DNA from: an uncultured Chloroflexia bacterium
Lineage (GTDB): Bacteria > Chloroflexota > Chloroflexia > QHBQ01 > JADMIH01
Assembly (NCBI GenBank): GCA_963797095.1
Contig: CAWCNY010000005.1
Coordinates: 681,507-745,506 of the forward strand
Direction: 5' to 3'
Length of the DNA: 64,000 bases
Position numbers and translations under genes: made by a program. Positions 59,670 to 64,000 of this stretch are shown here, piece after piece. Below the pieces are notes generated by a model. It saw only the letters and a program-made list of their open reading frames with translations, searched no databases and was not told the DNA's origin. How positions within the stretch are numbered: the first letter of the stretch is position 1; each line of letters begins with the position of its first letter.

Positions 59670-59757
59670 ATTGCGGATTTTAGATTTTAGATTGCGGATT
59701 GTGAGTACCGCACCCGCAAGAATAAATCCGCAATCTAAAATCCAAGATCCAAAATCG
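59670..59757. repeat. Inverted heptamer array (GATTTTA/GATTGCG versus AATCTAA/AATCCGC) in the rplJ 5' UTR
   Basis: attgcggattttagattttagattgcggatt ... aatccgcaatctaaaatccaagatccaaaatc. Confidence 0.85.
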
Positions 59758-59783
59758 AACTGAAGGGGGGTGAAAACAGGATA

Positions 59784-60332
59784 ATGGCCACCAAAAAGAA
59801 GAAAGAGAAGGTCAAGGAGCTAGGCAACCTGTTCGCGAACAGCCAGGTGCTGATCTTCACCGACTATCGCGGGCTGAAGGTATCAGATATCACCAACCTG
59901 CGCCGCGTTCTGCGCGAGAAGGGGGTGGAGTACCACGTCACCAAGAACACCCTGGCCGAGCTTGCAGCCCACCGCTCAGGTATGGACAGCATGCTCCCTA
60001 TGCTCGACGGCCCGACGGCTATAGCCTTCGTTGGCGACGATATTCCAGGCGCGGCCAAGGCGCTCACTGATTTCGTGCGCATCTCGAAGGTACTTCAGAT
60101 CCGTGGCGGCCTGATGGGCAACAAGACCATCAGCGCAGACCAGGTAAGCGACCTGACCAAGATACTGACCAAAGAGCAGTATCTATCCCAACTGCTCGGC
60201 GCGATACGCGCCCCGATCCAGAACTTCGTGAACGTGTTGAATGCACCGCTTCAGGGCTTCGTGAATGTGCTCAACGCCAGGCTCGACAAGCTAAAGGAAG
60301 AAGGCGGAACAGCCGAGCCGGCCGAAGCATAG
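59784..60332 (+). CDS. rplJ: 50S ribosomal protein L10
   Basis: DYRGLKV..ITNLR, VTKNTL, GPTAIAF. Confidence 0.97.
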   Translation: MATKKKKEKVKELGNLFANSQVLIFTDYRGLKVSDITNLRRVLREKGVEYHVTKNTLAELAAHRSGMDSMLPMLDGPTAIAFVGDDIPGAAKALTDFVRISKVLQIRGGLMGNKTISADQVSDLTKILTKEQYLSQLLGAIRAPIQNFVNVLNAPLQGFVNVLNARLDKLKEEGGTAEPAEA

Positions 60333-60430
60333 CAAATTGCGAAAGACGACGAGTGACGAGTGATTAGTCAACAAGTAGTACGCACTCGCCACGCATCGAA
60401 AATCAACAATCAAAAGGAGAAAACAAACCA

Positions 60431-60832
60431 ATGGCAGCTACTCGTGAGGATATCCTCGAATCTATCAAAAATATGACGGTGCTGGAGCTTTCCCAGCTTG
60501 TTAAGGACATGGAAGAGACATTCGGCGTGACCGCCGCCGCTCCCATGATGATGGGCGCGATGCCTATGGCGGGCGCTGCCGCAGGCGACGGCGCTGCTGC
60601 GCCTCCTGCCGAGGAAGAGAAGACCGAATTTGATGTCGTCCTGACCGACTTCGGACCCAACAAGATCCAGGTGATCAAGGTCGTGCGCGAGCTGACCGGC
60701 CTGGGCCTGAAGGAAGCCAAAGACCTCGTAGAGGCCGCCCCCAAGGCTGTGCGCGAGGGCGTGAACAAGGCAGATGCCGAGGCCGCTAAGGCGAAGCTGG
60801 AAGCCGAAGGCGCGAAGGCCGAGGTCAGGTAA
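60431..60832 (+). CDS. rplL: 50S ribosomal protein L7/L12
   Basis: [48 protein letters not shown]. Confidence 0.99.
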   Translation: MAATREDILESIKNMTVLELSQLVKDMEETFGVTAAAPMMMGAMPMAGAAAGDGAAAPPAEEEKTEFDVVLTDFGPNKIQVIKVVRELTGLGLKEAKDLVEAAPKAVREGVNKADAEAAKAKLEAEGAKAEVR

Positions 60833-60847
60833 TCATTCCGAGCAATG

Positions 60848-60885
60848 CAAGAACGGTTGGCGTTAGGCCAACCGTTCTTGTTCTT
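60848..60885 (+). terminator. Terminator after rplL
   Basis: CAAGAACGGTTGGC-GTTAG-GCCAACCGTTCTTG. Confidence 0.8.
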
Positions 60886-60902
60886 CCTGATATTATATAT
60901 TC

Positions 60903-61235
60903 ATGGACAACTTTAGAGAGCGGGTGTGGGCCTTTGTGCGATCTGTGCCTGCGGGGCGGGTAGTGACCTACGGGCAGGTAGCGGCTATGGTAGATGCGCC
61001 GAGGGGAGCGAGGGCCGTTGGGATGGTGCTGCACAACACGCCCGGCTTGGCTGATGTGCCATGCCAGCGCGTGGTGAACAGATGGGGGAGGCTCGCGCCC
61101 ACGTATGGGTGGGGCGGGCCTGAACAGCAAAAGGCCGAACTGGAGGCCGAAGGAGTTGAGGTCAGGCCTGATATGACCGTTGACCTGGAGGTGTACCAGT
61201 GGTGGCCCGATCCCTTCCCTCTCGGAAGTACCTGA
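60903..61235 (+). CDS. MGMT / alkyltransferase-like DNA-binding protein
   Basis: VPAGRVVTYGQVA, ARAVG, VPCQRVVN, LEAEGV. Confidence 0.88.
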   Translation: MDNFRERVWAFVRSVPAGRVVTYGQVAAMVDAPRGARAVGMVLHNTPGLADVPCQRVVNRWGRLAPTYGWGGPEQQKAELEAEGVEVRPDMTVDLEVYQWWPDPFPLGST

Positions 61236-61238
61236 TAA

Positions 61239-62378
61239 CTCACCTTACGCAGCCAGGCGAACAGGTTGAAGTTGGCGGAAGGTATCAAAGGCAACCTGCA
61301 TGGCACGCAAGTAGATAGTGCTCTTTAGAGCAAAGTGGTTGAGATGATTGGACAGCTTCAACAATTCGAGCTTGACGTACCCACACAAAGAGGCAAACAA
61401 ATGGTTGGTCTGGGTGCACACTGTGTGAGTTGGCGAGCGTTCCAAAGAAGCATTCTGCTTCAGCGACTTGTGATACTCTTCCACGTTCCACCGTCTCTGG
61501 TAGATTGTGGTGATTTGGTCGAAGGTGCATGTCACATCCGAGCACACCAGATACTGGGTGATTTGACCACCATCTTCGTTTGCGAAGAGTTGCTTGACCA
61601 ATATCAAGGGGAAGTCTATCCCTTCAAGATAGACCGTCCGCACCTCACCCGTCTCCAGCGGCACACTGTCCACACGCATGTACCGACCCTGTCGTTTGTC
61701 TCCCTCGGTAAAGGCCACCTTGCGGTTGGTCTTGAGAGGCATGATGAAATCCCCCTCCAATTCGACTTTGACGAAGCGCATATTGTCCGCCGAGGCATAC
61801 CACACGTCATTGAGCACGAAGTTGAGTACGAAGCGGAACAACACTTGGTTGTGCTTGGCTTGCCGCAACAACGCCTGATAGTGCTCGTTCTTACTGACCG
61901 GATCACGCCGCTTGGTTTTGCCGTCTTTAGGGTCCACATACTGCTCGGTCTTTCTTACCAACCGAAAACCCACGGGCAGCGACACCTCCAACTCAGGCAC
62001 ATGGTACAAGGCCGAGAGGAAGTTTATCCCCTTGACCGTTGTGCCTTTGGAGTGGTCATAGTGCCAGGCGATGATGTCGTTCTCATCTGTGTACGGCTTC
62101 TCCGAGATGGAGTCGTCCACGATGATGCACCCATCTTCTTGCTCAACGGCTCGCACATGAGGCTTGACAAAATGCCACAGGTCAGCAGAGGTGAACTCTC
62201 CCTTGGAGAGGAAGCGTTGAATGGGGTCATGGCTCACGCTTCCACTCAGCAATGCGCTCAAGCCCGTGCCGGTGGTCAGACCGAAAGAGCTTATCAGGTA
62301 GTCAGTGTACAGATCAAGCAGTTCTTTGTTCGTCATCCCTTTAGTCTACCATTCAACACTTCGGCTGCGTAAGGTGAG
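61239..62378 (-). mobile_element. IS701-family insertion sequence
   Basis: Perfect 16-bp IR CTCACCTTACGCAGCC; 7-bp TSD CTGATAA at 61232-38 and 62379-85. Confidence 0.92.
61245..62336 (-). CDS. IS701-family (ISAba11-like) transposase
   Basis: YTDYLISS, SHD...RFL, IVDDS..EKPY, NDVWY, RWNVEEYHKSLKQ. Confidence 0.88.
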   Translation of the reverse strand: MTNKELLDLYTDYLISSFGLTTGTGLSALLSGSVSHDPIQRFLSKGEFTSADLWHFVKPHVRAVEQEDGCIIVDDSISEKPYTDENDIIAWHYDHSKGTTVKGINFLSALYHVPELEVSLPVGFRLVRKTEQYVDPKDGKTKRRDPVSKNEHYQALLRQAKHNQVLFRFVLNFVLNDVWYASADNMRFVKVELEGDFIMPLKTNRKVAFTEGDKRQGRYMRVDSVPLETGEVRTVYLEGIDFPLILVKQLFANEDGGQITQYLVCSDVTCTFDQITTIYQRRWNVEEYHKSLKQNASLERSPTHTVCTQTNHLFASLCGYVKLELLKLSNHLNHFALKSTIYLRAMQVAFDTFRQLQPVRLAA

Positions 62379-62392
62379 CTGATAATCTGCGA

Positions 62393-62953
62393 TTATTTGC
62401 CAAGCCAGGAGCGGGTGATCTCAAGCGCATACGCCGTCGATTCGATCAGAAAGTCGTCGCCTTTGGCCTGCCTCAGTATGAGCGCCTCGGTGAAGGCGCG
62501 CTCGGCGGCGTCGAAGCGGCCCTGATCGAACAGGCTTTTGCCGTAGTGCTGGTAGGCAAAGTCGAGGTAGATATGGAGGTCGGGATCGGTACAGCAGCGT
62601 GCTATGCTGTCGATGAAGATCGCATCGGCTTCATCGAAGCGGCCCTGCCACTGATAGACATGGGCAAGGCGCAGGCTGTTAGCCAGATGCGAATTCCTAT
62701 TGTTGGCCTGCCCCGCTACTGTAATCGCGCTTTCCAGGTAACGGGCGGCCTGGTCGAGGTCGCCCAGCATACGCAAGTAAACGCCAACCGTACCCAGCAG
62801 GCGTAGTCTCTCATCGATGGGTAGGTCGTGGGCACCAAGTTGCTTCTCCAGGGAAGATGTGTAGGCGCGCATTTCGGCGGGCGAGTTGGGAAGATCCCGG
62901 AGGTTGGCGTCGAAGTGGTAAGAGAGGTCGTATGAGGGTTGCTGGGCAGTCAT
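62393..62953 (-). CDS. Tetratricopeptide repeat protein
   Basis: TPR-like helical pairs (LAHVYQWQGRFDEA, YGKSLFDQGRFDAA). Confidence 0.8.
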   Translation of the reverse strand: MTAQQPSYDLSYHFDANLRDLPNSPAEMRAYTSSLEKQLGAHDLPIDERLRLLGTVGVYLRMLGDLDQAARYLESAITVAGQANNRNSHLANSLRLAHVYQWQGRFDEADAIFIDSIARCCTDPDLHIYLDFAYQHYGKSLFDQGRFDAAERAFTEALILRQAKGDDFLIESTAYALEITRSWLGK

Positions 62954-63015
62954 AGGAGAAGAAAGAAGCGCGCCACGGCAGGTCCGGGCGCGCCTTGTTG
63001 CCTCGCCGTAACCGG

Positions 63016-63708
63016 CTATGGGGTGGGAGGAGCCGAGATACTGACCGCCTCGTCAAACTTGCTCCATGAGACGGTGCCAGAGGTGTCGGAGCTATTGATC
63101 TTCACCTGGCGCACATAAGGTTTAGAGTCAGGTCCGACCCACAAATCAACCGTACCTGTAGTGGTTGCGTCACCCCCCGCACCGGTGCTCAGGGAGGATA
63201 GCGCCTGCATATCACCTGTCATGTGCTTGGTATCTACGCCATCGATCTGCTCGATGGCGGGAGTGCCATCCTTGATCTGGTCTTTGTTCGCGTCTATATC
63301 CTCAGGCTTGAAGTTATCCCACATGCCGGTCATGGAGCCAAAGCCTGCCGTGACCGAACCGGTCATGGAAGAGTCCAGTTTCTGATAGGTTGTACCATCC
63401 TGGCTTATGTATACGTCAGTACCACCGATCACTATGACAGTAGCACTGACTCCACCGGACGTGGTATCAATTTTGTAGCTGTTGTTGGCAACATCGAAAT
63501 CGCCATCCAGTTTGGTAGGGCTTCCGGCGCTGGTGATGTCGGCGGTAAGGTGGTAGGTCTTGAGGGCCTTCATATTGGCGGCGGCGTCCTTAAGCAGGTC
63601 GGCGTTGCTTTTGCCACTGGCGCTGTCGCCACATGCCGCCAGGGCCAGCACTGCGACCAGAGCGGTCGCGACTATACCCAGGAATCTTGAACGTGTACTT
63701 AGAAACAT
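63016..63708 (-). CDS. Lipoprotein, LppX/LprAFG (LolA-like fold) family
   Basis: GGAGG RBS; lipobox LAAC; ALKTYHL, EQIDGVDTKH, DLWVG, SKFDEAVSISAP. Confidence 0.78.
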   Translation of the reverse strand: MFLSTRSRFLGIVATALVAVLALAACGDSASGKSNADLLKDAAANMKALKTYHLTADITSAGSPTKLDGDFDVANNSYKIDTTSGGVSATVIVIGGTDVYISQDGTTYQKLDSSMTGSVTAGFGSMTGMWDNFKPEDIDANKDQIKDGTPAIEQIDGVDTKHMTGDMQALSSLSTGAGGDATTTGTVDLWVGPDSKPYVRQVKINSSDTSGTVSWSKFDEAVSISAPPTP

Positions 63709-63925
63709 CTTTACCTCCCTCTGAATTGATACTACGTTTAGGCCCAGACCCTGGAGGAGACATACCTTGAGAGGAGGGTGGAGAACAAGCTGGCAGGTCA
63801 TCTGCGAGGGTAGGCGCTATTATATCAAGGGGAGTCACCAAAGGCAAACCGGTGCACATCAGGCTGGTCGCGGGGATGCGTTCGTGTTGCAAAGAGACAG
63901 GCAGTTTGGTATAATAATCACGCAT

Positions 63926-64000
63926 GGGCGTGTAGCTCAGTTGGTTAGAGCGCAGTCCTGATAAGACTGAGGTCCCTGGTTCGAGACCAGGCTCGCCCAC
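63926..64000 (+). tRNA. tRNA-Ile(GAT), 3' end cut by the window edge
   Basis: GGGCGTG...CAGTC-CTGATAA-GACTG...GTTCGAG...CTCGCCC-AC; TATAAT at 63910-15. Confidence 0.95.

Noticed and set aside
26914-59783. The rplA-rplJ interval as a prophage or integrative island
   Set aside because: No integrase, phage genes or att repeats, and it contains the housekeeping gene mnmG and native heptamer repeats.
61335-62372. 345-aa plus-strand ORF
   Set aside because: Antisense shadow of the IS701 transposase.

Overview
A GC-rich bacterial chromosome segment, most likely Chloroflexota (inferred from the Cys-containing SLH protein, the FHA/vWA/kinase cluster and the style of the core genes). It holds the translation cluster tRNA-Thr/Tyr/Thr-tuf-rpmG-tRNA-Trp-secE-nusG-rplK-rplA and, about 33 kb later, rplJ-rplL. 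The cluster is interrupted by an HNH nuclease (between tRNAs), a membrane protein and a lactonase. Other content: mnmG, a DEAD-box helicase, three GT-C glycosyltransferases, an ECF sigma/anti-sigma pair, six tRNAs, three complete IS elements (IS1182, IS66, IS701), several IS remnants, and a dispersed family of palindromically arranged 7-nt tandem repeats that also sits in-frame inside coding genes. The best candidate for a new system is 28.8-44.0 kb. Two convergent operons there encode a DA1-like zinc-finger metallopeptidase, a vWA protein, two Ser/Thr kinases (one carrying an FHA domain), two further FHA proteins and a pseudokinase-PP2C fusion; five of these proteins carry the same zinc ribbon. 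A divergent UPF0182 gene adjoins them, and its C-terminal helical motif recurs inside one FHA protein (15 of 31 residues identical, no gaps). All calls come from reading motifs by eye; no database searches were run. Two single-base frameshifts may be sequencing errors.
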